DNA of 39,932 bases from Octopus bimaculoides (Eukaryota), in contig NC_068991.1 of assembly GCF_001194135.2 (NCBI RefSeq), forward strand, positions 35,458,097 through 35,498,028, read 5' to 3'. Within the stretch, counting starts at the first letter, position 1. Each line of letters begins with the position of its first letter. The notes under the pieces are model-generated. The model made no database searches. It was not told the DNA's origin and saw only the letters and a list, made by a program, of their open reading frames with translations. Below, one piece after another: positions 11,065-24,900 of the stretch. Both the position numbers and the translations under genes were made by a program.

Positions 11065-14000
11065 GTGATCTTGTATGTTGCTTATATGTCCATGATAACA
11101 ATTGCTTTATGAATTTGATTTTATTTTTGTATTTCTTCTTGTTTTGCAAAGGATGAGGAATCTGATGAAGACAAAATGGATGAAGAGGATCTGACTCAAC
11201 AAGCAACAGTAGGTGATCAGTCTCTCTATGTTGTGGTTATTTTGTTTTAGATGAAATGAGCAGAAATTCTTTGTTCAAATTCCATTGAAGCTATTAATGT
11301 AACCTTAAGCAGAAGTTATCAACATGCATATAAAAAAAGCGATTGGCAAGTCTAAAAGAGATGATTGAAAAGTTGCAATAGCTGCCCAGTATTTTAATTG
11401 TTGCATGCAATAATGTTATTCAAATGTAATCCTTTGAGTTCATCAAAGCTTTCAATTTTGTTGTTTTCTTTCCTTAACAGGAAGTGTCAATAGTTATTAA
11501 ATAAACATTATCATGTTCATAGCTGCTATTTGTAGTTTCATGGATTTGATTAAACTACTGTACATTTCAGAGCCTAACATCATCATTGTCATCATTATGA
11601 TGAATATCAACAACAAGAATGGGATATAAGTCAAAGGAAGGTGGGAGGCATCTGCATAAATGCTTGACCTGCTATGAATAACAGCCATATTTTCCTTAAA
11701 TCACTCCCTATTATCTTAAAAAGGGAAGGAAACATTAACTTATCTAGTCCTAGATACAGTATGTTTGATAAAAGGACAGGATGTTTACACCTAGAATGTC
11801 TTGGATCAAATGACTGTCTGATTTGCATTAACCCTGGAAATAAACAAATACACAAAAATGGAATCTTAAGTATAAAAATTGCAGAGATACAGAAACATTC
11901 ATTAATATTGAATTTATCTTGATGTGGTGAAGGTAGAATTAGTTGAATAAAAGTATAACATGTATATTTCTATCATTGACTTAGCTTGCTGGAAAACTTG
12001 GCTATGCTGTTACATAGTGCTCCCACTGTTTACCTGACATAGCCATAGTATATGACCACAGCTAAATATTTTGGTTCGTGGATACAGCACAAGACTGGTG
12101 ATAAGATACGAAACCATTACTCCTTATTCAGTTGTCCTACACCAACTTGGTCAGCTACATCTCTACAGACAGGTGGAATAGGAGTAGTTAATGGCCTGTT
12201 ATTGTTTTCTGATTTTGAGGATGTTACATGAAAGTTGCAACAAATTTAAAAATAATGAATTTTAAGCTATTGATTTGTGGCTGGAAGCAGTGTGTTTTCA
12301 CATGATAGATCATCATCATTATCATTTTGTGTCTATTTTTCCATGTTTGCAAGGGCTGGTTGAATCCCAATATCTCACCACTATTCACGGTTCTTTGTCA
12401 AGGTACGCACACAAAGAAGGAATAACCAGCTTTGTTGTGTATGTCATTATTTTTGGTATAGTTTATTTCCCTCTCACCAGTCCACCTTACTATGTGGGCT
12501 GGGTGAATTTTATTATGCACAAGAGAGGTTGTCTGTAGTGGCACTAAAGAGTCATCACAGTACTCTTCCCCATTCTTTCCTTTCTTTTTGTTATATGCCT
12601 CATATGTCTCATATATTGAAGGCACTTAGCTTAGTGGTTAGGGCATTTGGCTCACGATCATAAGGTTCAGTTTCCAGCGAAGTGTTGTGTCCTTGAGCAA
12701 GACACTTTATTTCACGTTGCTTCAGTCCACTCAGCTGGCAAAAATGGGTAGTACCTGTATTTCAAAGAGCCAGCCTTGTCACACTCTGTGTCACGCTGAA
12801 TATCCCCGAGAACTACGTTAAGGGTACATGTGTCTGTGGAGTGCTCAGCCACTTGCATGCTAATTTCACGAGCAAGCTGTTCCATTGATCATATCAGCTG
12901 GGACCCTCGTTGTCATAACCAATGGAGTGCCCCTCCTACCCTACTATGTCTCATATACCTGGGTAGCAGATAATTTCAGTCATTGTTCTGTCTCTGACAT
13001 GATACAGTAAATTGAACAAACCTTTCTTTTTGTTAAATTTCTTTACAGTTGATGATACCTAAAATACAGGTCTCCTTCTAAGATACTGGAATTTGTGCAT
13101 ACCATGTTATTTTTTCCTATAGATAGATGATTGTACAATAGTAATGTTTTTAATGGTTTTCCTTTATCAAGTTTTCAAACTGTGACATTAATTCCTTCTA
13201 TTCAGTTACTATATTTATGATCAACATTTGTCATATATGGACAATATGGCTCTAGTTTGTGAACATTATATATTATCCATAATATCATTAGATTAAATTA
13301 GTTTTTTGGGGTTTTCAACTATATTTTTTTCCTCACAAACTTTAACAAGTTCCAGCATGTACAAGATGATACTGTTAGCATCATAGTAGACAGACAAGAA
13401 GCATCATATGTAGTGTGCAAGAGAGGTGACTGCGCTGGCATGGTCATGTATGTGTTGTGTATGGATGAGGACAGCTGTGTGGAAAAGTGTCACACCCTAG
13501 CAGTAGAGGGGACCTGTGGAAGAGGTAGACCCAGGAAGACCTGGGATGAGGTGGGGTAGCACGACCTTCAAACGATGGGCTTCACAGAGGCGATGACAAG
13601 TGATCAAGACCTTTGGAGATATGCTGTGCTTGAGAAGACCTAGCAAGCCAAGTGAGACTGTAACCATGGCCTATGCCAGTGCAGCATAACTGGACCATTT
13701 AAGAGTACCCTTCGATCATTGGGCAATAAACTGTGCTTGCAAAGACCTGTTGAGTCAAGGGAGGTCATTATCATGGCTGATACCAGTACTGCTTGACTGG
13801 CACACAAAAAGCACCATTCGAACATGGTCAATGCCAGTGCTACCTGACTGGTTCAATGCCGGCAGCACGTAAAAAGCACCATTCGAGCGTGGTCAGTGCC
13901 AGTACTGCTTGACTGGCTCTCGTGCTGGTGGCATGTAAAATGTACCCACTACACTCTCAGAGTGGTTGGCATTAGGAAGGGCATCCAGCTGTAGAAACTT

Positions 14001-17000
14001 TGCCAGATCAGATTGGAGCCTGGTGCAGCCTTCTGGCTTGGAGCCCTCAGTCAAACTGTCCATCCCATGCCAGCATGGAAGCAGATGTTAAATGACAACG
14101 ATGATGATGATGATGATGATGATGCAAGCAATAAAAAGCCACGATTCATTGCTGCTAACTGTAACCCAGAGCTGTGGTTAATACATAACTAAATAGCCCA
14201 TAAAACTAAGGTTTTCATCAGCACCACACCAGACAACTTCAACAGCACTATCCTGAAATCAATATCTCTTCCATCTGATCTAAAACAAAGACATTCATCA
14301 AATTGACTATAAAATTAGCCTTCCTCTTAGATCGGTAATCTTTACTTAGTTGTCAGCCCTTTGTGTTTAGGAAATTTAAAGGAATTGCAGCTACCATTCA
14401 TTGCCCAATCATTTCTGGCTTGCTTTTGAGACATTCACCACCAAAGTTTCTGGATATATCAAACCAAACTATACAGCAATTTGTACACACTATCCATGAT
14501 TGTCATGATTAGTCTTGCAGTGGACAGAAGATTAGTATATCTTCTATAGTAGATTTGTGAACCCTCCCCACCTTTTTGTCATAGGTCTACCTGAACTAAG
14601 CTCAATAGATTTATTTAACATCAACCCAGATTCAAATTGATGGTCATGTAAATAGTAGGATATTTGTTATTAATTATTTGAAAAGTTTTGTTAAATCAAC
14701 TAGGATGAAAAGTAGTTTTGATATTTGTTGTTAACTATTTACTAATTATTTATTAATTGAACCATGTCAAAGAAAGTAGTCTGATGTGATTTTGTTTTCC
14801 TTTTCTTTCCAGGATGCTCAAGTGTTAGACTCACTCACTGGATGGCCAGTTGCAGAGGATGAATTATTATATTCAATATGTGTAGTGGCCCCGTACAACA
14901 CCCTTCTTAACTACAAGTTAGTGATTTGTCTCTTTGTTATTGTCTTTCCACCACCGCTTTTAGTGTGATGGTTGACCAGTTGAACCTTTGAAAATTAGAG
15001 CAAATATATGCACTACATATAGGAGGATTTTTTGTTCTCATTTTGTGTATAATTGTAACCACTTTTTGAAATTACAACTGTAATTGTCATTGCAATCACA
15101 CGACACTTTGATTAATAAGCTCTCCAATCATTTTTGGGAACTATCTTAGAGATGGAAAGAGAAAGTGTGACGAGGGAAAAAAGAAAAGAGAGAGAAAGAA
15201 ATGTTGGACTCTAAAAGAATGAGAGAATGGCGAAAAGAATGAGAGAATGACAAAATGGAGAGCTGAATTTTTATTAATATGTAAATAGGGCATTTTTTAC
15301 TTTACAAATGGAATCATTAATTAAAAGTAATTTTGAAGACAAAATGAACTGTTTGATAATTATGTTCAGTATATTTTGTACATTGTATTTTAGGTATAAA
15401 GTGAAGTTGTTACCAGGATCTACTAAAAGAGGCAAAGGTAAGACAAACTTAGAGCTTTCGTTTTAGCATTTTAGATTATATAATGTTACATTATATAATG
15501 TTTATATGACAATGTGTTGCATCATAGTGTATTATATTCACAATCGAAATAATTATTGCTTAGGAATTAGAGTTGTCAATGAGATTGGGAAAAATGAGAA
15601 AGATAGTGAATGCTTGCACTTGAGCACATAAATCTGAGATGTGAAATAAATTATTTTACTTTTGAGTTGTATGTGTGTGTGTGTGTGTGCGCGCTCGCGC
15701 ACACACACACACATGCACACACACCACACTCTCTCACACACTAACACACTCACCAGGTCACCCTGAAAATAATGGTTGTTCCAAAATCTAAGGTAAATTC
15801 AACCCAGTATCATTCTAGGATCTTTACTGTTTGGCTGCTACTTTTAAATTTCTTCAATTTCTGTTTCAGTTGATTTCATATTTGATGTAATGATGTAGTT
15901 TTATATGCTAATCATTGACATGAAATTCATTTTCACCATAAATCAATAAATAAAGTGTTAATGGCTTTTAAAGTTTGCAAATTTTGAATAATTTTAGCCA
16001 ATTGTAAGCCGCAGACACATTCATAGCTGTTTCTATAGTAACAAGCCAAGCTCTTACCAAGCTGCTTACTCACATGGGCATTTTTTGCTTATTAAATGGT
16101 GCTTGTGAGATGTGCTAAAAATAATAGCTAACTAGGCCTTAAATCATGCACCAAATATTTTTTTGGGTTTTTGCATAATTGTATGACTTTCCATGTATAG
16201 AATACAAATTTATAAAAATTTTCTGAAAATTTCAAAAGATAAAAAAGTTATGAGGGTTATGTGGCCTGTGTAAAGCAGAATTCCACCAGTGTTTCATTTC
16301 TTTACAGCTGACAATATGTGCTGTAATGCACAAAGCGACAGCTTCCAAATCCTAAAATGTTTTTACTAAACTTTGAAATTTCCACTAGTGCAGACAAACA
16401 GAAAAGACCCTCACTCTTCATTTGAATCAATAATGTTTTTAACTTCATGATGTCAGTTTTATGGAGCTGAAGTCACTTCTGCTCAATTTCAGCATAACCA
16501 ATAAATCAAAATGCTCATCATCAATGAAATATTTCAAATTTCACAATAATTGATTATCTGAAGGTGCAAGGTTAGGGGAATATGGTTGATGTGTAAGCTT
16601 TGTCCAACCAAATTCTTCAATTTTAGAACTAGTAATTCTTGTACTATGGAGATGCACATTATCATAATGGAGAATAACTTTTTGATTGATCAAAGAGTAC
16701 TTCTTCTCTTTTGGTTTTTCATTCAGTCGGTTGAATTGGTCACAGTATATAAGAGAGATGTGACTGGTTCAAGTGAATAGCCATGCCTAAACAGACAATG
16801 GTGCATGACACAGTACTGTTGATTGCTGGATCCTGTCAAACCATCCAACCCATGCCAGCATGGAAAACAGATGTGTAGTGAACACTTGAGTGAAGTTCCT
16901 CTCTCCTTTTATTATATACATGGGCATTCGAACTTAGCAGGTAACAGGTAGCCTTTGGCCACTATTTGGACTCCATTGTGTCCACCACTCTGATTGGTTG

Positions 17001-18883
17001 GTGTTGGCGCAATTTGTCTCTCTGTCATGCCAATTTGCAGCATATAACCAATCAGAGCCCCTAAATAAATCATGTGAGACAGCCTGTTCTCAACCCAGTT
17101 TTGAGCCTACAGCTCCTTATAAAAAAACACAGCTTCTCTTCGTCTTGACGTCTTTGGTTCCAGACCTTTTAAGGTCTAGCCGCTGACCACAAAAGACAAC
17201 ACCAGATGACACCATCCGTCCAACAACATTATGGCAACCTCTGTCTTTGTCGCTACCATCATCTCCTTAACATTGTCAACATCTCTCTACATACACTGCT
17301 CAACCAGCAACTTGCACAGGTTCCAATACTTCATTGTTTGTGAATTACTTCACCATGGATCAGCAGTGAATATACAATCTGCGAGAACTCCTGTACCAAG
17401 TGACCCAGGCAGCAGCATTACAGCCACAACTTCACGTATGGCATGTACGGCAACCGGCTCTGCATCTTGGCTGCAACTTCTTGATACAGTATTTCAACTA
17501 CCATGTACAATTAACTATGAACTGGTACTTTCATTCTTGTGCCTATGAATATTCTTCTAACTTCTCATTATAGACTCTTTCACTATCCACTTGTACTTAA
17601 CACACATGCATACATCCATGCCTATACACGCATACATTTTGTTGTCTGCATGAAGAGACATTTTTTTTTCTGCATATTTCTTCCATGTTTGTACTCTTGC
17701 ATTGTTCATACAACTGTTTTGCCATGCTTCATTTTTCTTTGCCTTTCTATCGCACATGTACATTTCACCTACCTTCCTTTTGTTCGACCGTTTGCAGTCT
17801 AAAGTCAACCCCAGCAGCACTTGAACTCAGAGTATAAAGTCAGATGAAATGCCACTAATCATTTTGCCCAATGTGCTAATGATTCGGCCAGCTCACCACT
17901 TGAAATTTGCATCAAATATTAACCAACCTTTACAGCAAGATCTCTCAGTTCAGCTTAACTATTCTATCTATGGCAAAAGAATTCAAATTCACTAAGGTTA
18001 GCGCAGTCAGTACAATGCTACAATCTAAAAATGAGAAAGTCAAACAATACCATAAAGAGTGGTAAGAAGTGGAAGCTTCCAGGCAGCTGTGAAGAAAGCA
18101 GAAATGTGCTGAAAACATCAGGAGATTGTTGGAGTAATCTGTCAAGGACAGTTTAAACTTGGCAGCTACAGCACCAAGAGGTGAAGAAATGCCAATATCA
18201 TGAGTAAAAGTGAATTCCTAGTGCAGAAGGTTTGAGAATTACAGAAGATCACCATGCAAAAGCAGTAGGGGTTTGCCTGCCAAGGTTCTTGTTTGCAGTA
18301 GGATCAGATACTCTAGTGACCATTGTCCTAGATAAAACTCTAGAGTAAAGACCAGGTAAAACTTCTTGTGTGCTGTCACTGATCAACAAGACAACATGAA
18401 ACTGGTCTCAATAAGGGGAAATAGTTCTCTGAGATTGCATGTAAGGCAACAGTGTAAGTTAAAAGGAAGCTACAGTTCGCTGTATTTTGTATTCATTTCT
18501 TTTTTGCATCTGTTATTTTTTATTATTGATTTTCTATATAAATGAAGCTATATCCTTTAATGTGCTGCTTTTATTACATAAACTGAGAAGATACCTTGCA
18601 GAACTGTCATTATTTTAACAATTGTAGTCTGTGCTCTTGCTCTGTTTATTCCATTGTAGCACACACGAAGACAGAAAGTGTCACTGAGGAGGTCACTTCC
18701 AGACAATGGACTTGAGTTAGAATAAGAGCAGTAATAAATGAGTGAAGAACTAATATATAGTATGGCGTGTGTTTATTTGTCAAAAAAAAAAAACAAACAA
18801 AAAAAAAATGACCATCCCGAAATGCAACAATATCTGTTTCAGTACATGGCTTCACATCAGGAATCTTGCAACACAAATTCATA

Positions 18884-18941
<58 letters not shown>

Positions 18942-21900
18942 ATTCAATATACACAGTTTCATGCTGTGGAAACACAATAATTTGGCAGATTTATATATTA
19001 TGCCTTGTGATTCCGAGCAATCCTTCAGGCTGGCCAGGCTTTTTCATTTAAGCCAAGACAACTTTTGGGATTTGAGGTTATCTGAATTGGTTGGTGTACA
19101 CATACATGTATGTATGTGCATGTGAATAAACTTGCATTCATGTAGTGGGTGTGATTGTCACTTTAGTACACAAGTTTGTGTAATTTGGTACTGTTTATGT
19201 ATGTACATGTGTGTATTCCATATATAAATGTGACTGCATGTATGCAGGTGCATATACGCTTGTAATCCATTAATATTGGTTTCAATCAATTGTAAATACA
19301 CATCTACATACACACACAAATATATAACAGTAAATGTATGTGTATATATCTGTGAATATAAAAGTGAAAGTATGTTCCACATTGTACACCAGTATTGCAC
19401 CTATATACACATCTTTTCAAAGTAAAAGACATAGGTTACATAACTTTTTCTAAATTTTTCCCTTCTGGCTTCTGAAAGAAAAACTAAAAATACTGTATTG
19501 TAGTTCGCTTGAAGTATTGTGTATTGTTCGTAAAGAATAAAAAGTCTTGAATGGTACAACAATGTACTATAATACAAAAATTGGACTATATAACTGTTGT
19601 AATTTAGTTATCCATAGTCCGATAATATTTTGGAATACAATTCCTTCTTCAGATATTCTTAGATGGAGTCACTGCTAAAACCGATTATAGCAGCGACTCC
19701 ATCTAAGAATGTCTGAAGAAGGAATTGTATCCTGAAATATCATCGGACTATGGGTAACTAAATTACAATAGGTATATAGTCCATTTTTTGTATTATAGTA
19801 CATTGTTGTACCATTCAAAACTTTTTATTCTTTAAAAATACTGTATACCCCAAGCACTGCAAGAGACATTAGTCAAAGCATACTCAGTTGAAAAGTAATA
19901 CAAGGTTTGCACCAAAAGTAGTAAAAAAGTGGGCATAACATTTTTATTAACTGACTTAAATTAATCAAATTTTACATGTTCAAATTCCCTCTAAAGTAAC
20001 CCTTCTTATTCTTCTTCACTGCAAGCAGATAATGGGTTCCAAAGAGAACCAACATACCATTATTGAGGTCTTGACAAAGGAGGAGTGCAGGCTCTCTAAC
20101 ATCTACAGAATGCTACAGGTTGTTCACAGAGATGATACCAATGACAAGACCAATGTACACCAATGGGGAGGAAGTTTAACAAAGTAGAAACCACCAATGA
20201 CAACATACCATATAGTGGAAGACTCTTAATTGCAACTGTTGACACAAATCGTCAGAAAGTGGATAAAATGATTTGCATCAACATACAAGTCACAATGCCT
20301 TACAGAAGGTGCTGGAAGACTGGGGATTGGGAGGTGTGGGTGCCTTGACAGTTGACACGTAATTTGAAGGTGAGAAAAATGGAAGTCTGCTCTGATCTGC
20401 TGGAAGTATCTGAAACCAAAAACAGCACATCTTTTTCTCCAGTCTAGTGACAGGGGATGAAACATAGGTGTATCTTTACCTGTTTGAAGTTCAAAACTCA
20501 GCAATTGACACAAAAAGTTATGGTGACGGTTTTGGGAAAAGACAAGGATATGAGTTTCCTTGATATTCCAGAATGTGGCTATCCCAAGAACAGCAAGCAG
20601 TACATTCAGACACAAAAAGCTTAAAGAAACCATTAGGAGGAAAAGACCAAACAACAATCTAAAAATAATTTATTTTGACCATGATGATGTGCAGTCACAC
20701 ACAACTTTGGCAATAAATCAGGCAATTACACATTGGAATGGTCATTGGTTTCCCATCAACTGTACAACCCAGATCTGGGGCCCTCCAACTTTCACCTACT
20801 CAGTCCAATGAAAGACAATCTTTGGAGATGACAATTTGATGACACAGATGAGGTGAAAGAAGCTGGTTATGACAGTGCACACCTAAATTTTTTTCAAAGC
20901 AGATTCAAGAGTTGGATTCAATGATAGTGCAAATGCATCGCTTGTAATGGAGGTTATGTTGAGTAGTACCTTTGTATAAAGGAAGAGCTACTCTCCCAAC
21001 GTGTACAATTTGAATGACTTATGTCAGTTAATAAAAAAGTTATGCCCGCTTTTGCATTACTTCCAGACTAATTATCACATGAAATATATATCATCTTCAT
21101 CATTAATTAACATCATTAGATGGTTGTGGTCTCACGTGGTGAAACCATCTAATAACGACTCTGTTCAGAAAGCTGGAATAGAAGATCTCATTCGAAGAAA
21201 GAACACTGTACAATGAATATTCACAAAACCAAGCTGTAGTTTTTGAATGCTTTTACTCCAGGTCACATATATGCACAAGTTGAATAAATCACAAAGGATA
21301 TTTACAAATGAAAGGCCATGTTCAGCGTCTGTGTATCATATGTTATAGCTGCTTAAAGACGATTAGCTGTTGCATGCCTCAGGCAATAGCTAAGGTCACA
21401 TCCTCATACGCTGCTGGTTCCGGTGACAAGAAAGAAAGATCAAGTGCCAGAATCTCAAAGTTTCATGTTGTTCCATCTAGTGACAAGCTATTTAGACAGC
21501 TATCATCAGGGGAGGTAACTGCACCTACAGGGTACTGTAGGGTACAGGGCATTGTACTGACTGCGCTAACCTTAGTGAATTTGAATTCTTTTGCCATAGA
21601 TAGAATAGTTAAGCTGAACTGAGAGATCTTGCTGTAAAGGTTGGTTAATATTTGATGCAGATCTCAAGTGGTGAGCTGGCCGAATCATTAGCACACTGGG
21701 CAAAATGATTAGTGGTATTTCATCTGACTTTATACTCTGAGTTCAAATGCTGCTGGGGTTGACTTTGCGTTTCATCTTTTGGGATCGATAAGATAAGTAT
21801 AAGTACCAGTCAACCACTGGAGTTGGTGCTATCAACTCACCCCCACCCCTGAAATTTCAGGCCTTGTACCTTTAGTAGAAAGGAATGTAAAATGCAGATC

Positions 21901-24900
21901 TGGGATGATATTGAACAAACTCAGGAATCTGATTTTACTGAAGTTTCTTCTCTCAAATAGCTCACTCTATGTGTGTGTACTTATATATGTATACGTGTGT
22001 CTGCATGCATATATGTATGCATATTATTGCTATATATTTTTCTGTGAAGAATTGAAAGACTTATGTGAAAGAATTAATATTTATTTTGTTATCATGATTT
22101 TCTTTATTATTCCTTCTCACTCTAGCTTCTAAAACTGCCCTTACCATGTTTTCCCAAGACAAAACTGCCTCAAGTCGAGAAAAAGATTTGATAAAGATAT
22201 TAAAGGTAAGATTCATTGTTGAAATCTATTTCAATATTATATTGATATTACCAAACAACTGTTATTGTTTCCATATTTCCAGTCTGCCAATCACTATTTA
22301 TGATAGCACCAGTGACAAGGGAGTGTTTCTGTCTGAGTGCAAAGGACTTTAATTTAACAGAAGACATTGTTCAATAAACAGTTCTTTTTGCTGTTGTTTC
22401 TAATATTCATTAATGTACATTGGTCAAATATATATGTATGCATGTGCACATGCATGCATACACATGTATGTATTCATATGTATAATATACATATGTTTAT
22501 ATTTGCAAGTTGCGAGTGTATTAGTAGCTCACTGTTGATGTCCATGCTACCTTCCCAGAAGAAGATGCATGTCTTAATGCACAGCTGTTTACAAGATATT
22601 GTGGTTGAGTGGGCGCATCACCCATGAGAGAAGATGGTTAAATGTGTCACTGTGTGTTAGAAGAAACACAACAAACAACAGAAATTTCACTAAGAGAGAA
22701 CAGAAATGTCACTAAGAGCAAGGGAGAGGGTGAAAAGTTACAATATTGGAATTTAAACATTTCAAAAAACAGGACTGTTCTTTATGGAGAAAACTACAAA
22801 AAAAGAAAATGGAATTAGTTCAATTTACATACAGAAGACAAAGTTAGTGCCATTTATGCTGCCATTATTGAGTTCCTGAGCCAAATAATTTAAGTCAGTA
22901 TGGGAATTTGAAAGTAGGGAAAAATATCATCAACAAAAGGAGATAGAGAGCTAGAAGTGAAGGTAAACAAGGATGGGCAATATGTTGCTATGGTTAGGAA
23001 AAATAAAAGAAACAACAAAATATCAGAGAGAGAGAGAGAGAGAGAAAGAACAACAAAAATATTACTGAGAGAGGGGGGATGAGAAAGAGGTATAAGGAGA
23101 AAGATTACAATATAGGAATTTACACATTTCATAAAAAAAAAAGGTAAATAATAATAATAATAGATGCCTTGATGCAGTACCAGGCAGTGGCTCTCATGGT
23201 TTCTGATCTTAACTGATTGAAAGCATTATCATGTACATGTTTTGTCTTGGTATAAAAGATGGGCTACAGCAAATATTCTGCTCAATATCACAGATTTGCT
23301 TGTCAGTTGTTTGACCATAACCAGTTGAGCATGCCCCTTGGTGGCTGATGATATGTGCATCTCAGATCATGAGCAGAGGCAGTGGGGAGCATCATAGTTA
23401 TGTGTTGAGAAGAATTCTTTGGGGTTTGAATAATTCACCTCTGGAAACCTGGGTATCTTCAAGAAAACCTGCTCACCACAACAAAATTGATGTCCTAAAA
23501 TCAAGGTGTCATATAAAAAGCACTAGTAATGGTGCCATGTAAAAAGCACCTTATATATTTGATATTAGGAAGGGCATCCAACCGAAGAAATCCCGCCAAA
23601 ACAGACTATGAAACCTGGTGCAGCCCCTGGCTGTGCCATCTTCTGTGAAGCTGTCCAACCCATGCCAGCATGAAAAACAGACATTAAATAATGATGATGA
23701 TAATGATTCCAGCAAATGAAGATGGCATACCAGTTAGAGGCTACAGATAACAAATGCACAGAGAATGGAAGGAGATAGAACTGTTTGGAATTATAAAACA
23801 GAGTATGTAATCAAGCAAAAGCAGCAATATAGAAGAATGAGTGGTTGTTAGAGTTGGAATTAGAAGCTGTCAAAAGAAGTTATGCTGAGCATATGAAAAA
23901 TGAAAGTAACATAATGGAAGAAATAGATAATTTCTCACAAGAATATATTATTGTGAGTGGTAAAAGAATTGAGATCAGAAAACAATTGAATGATGAAGAT
24001 CAGATAATAAAAGAGCAGGATTTTGGATCTATTAGGTGCAGAAGAGACTGAATTTATGTGTGACTTCAAGAAGGCTGATCAATGAAGACTAAATCAAGAA
24101 ACAAGTAAAATCAATAATATATCGAAACAAAGAACATTTCGCAAACAAATAAACTAATCAAGGTTGCAAGTAGGACAGTTGCAAAAAAACGAGAAAAATT
24201 GAAGAAGTATGGTGCTGATACAAAAGGACTGAATGCTGTGATTGAAGAGCTGAAGCAGTACATACTTGCCAACAAAGTAAAACTAAGTTTGAGCAACAGA
24301 TTAAACAATACCAGCAAAACCAATTGTTTGGAATTGACCAAAAATGCTTTTATCAAGAAATTAATGATGAATTAGCATGCAAAAGATTAGTTCCTGTTGT
24401 AGATGAAACTTGACAGCTTTGGGGTGAGATATAAAGTAAGCAAGAACAACTTAATACTAGAGCAGAATGGTTCCGCAGTCTGAAGCAAGAAGCTTCTTAT
24501 TCCCAGCAAGAAGCTATCCTCTTTACAGTATAAAAAAAATATGAGTAAAATGATGAGCAATTGGAAAGCAGTAGGACCTGATGGTGTTCAAGGGGATTTT
24601 GGATGAAAGAAAGTCCAGTGGGTGTTATAAATTGTTTGCAGAACAATTTAATACATTGATTGATGGAACAAAAGAAATTCCAGGGTGGTTGACCAAAGGA
24701 CAAATGCGGTTGTGCTTGAAGGATGTATCAAAAGGAAATGCTGCTGACAATTACAGGCCAATTTCTTGCTTTCCATTAATGTGAAAGTTACTGTCAGGAT
24801 GGATTGCAGAAGAAATGTACAAATTTCATGATGATAATGACATTTTACCAATGGGACAAAAAAGCTGTTGGAGGAAATGCACAGGTACCAAAGACCAATT

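Larger units (their letters stand above)
17801..21766. repeat. 218-bp inverted duplication (17801-18018 / 21549-21766)
   Basis: Manual alignment gives 5 mismatches in 218 nt; includes a SINE head plus ~110 nt of non-SINE flank. Confidence 0.93.
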
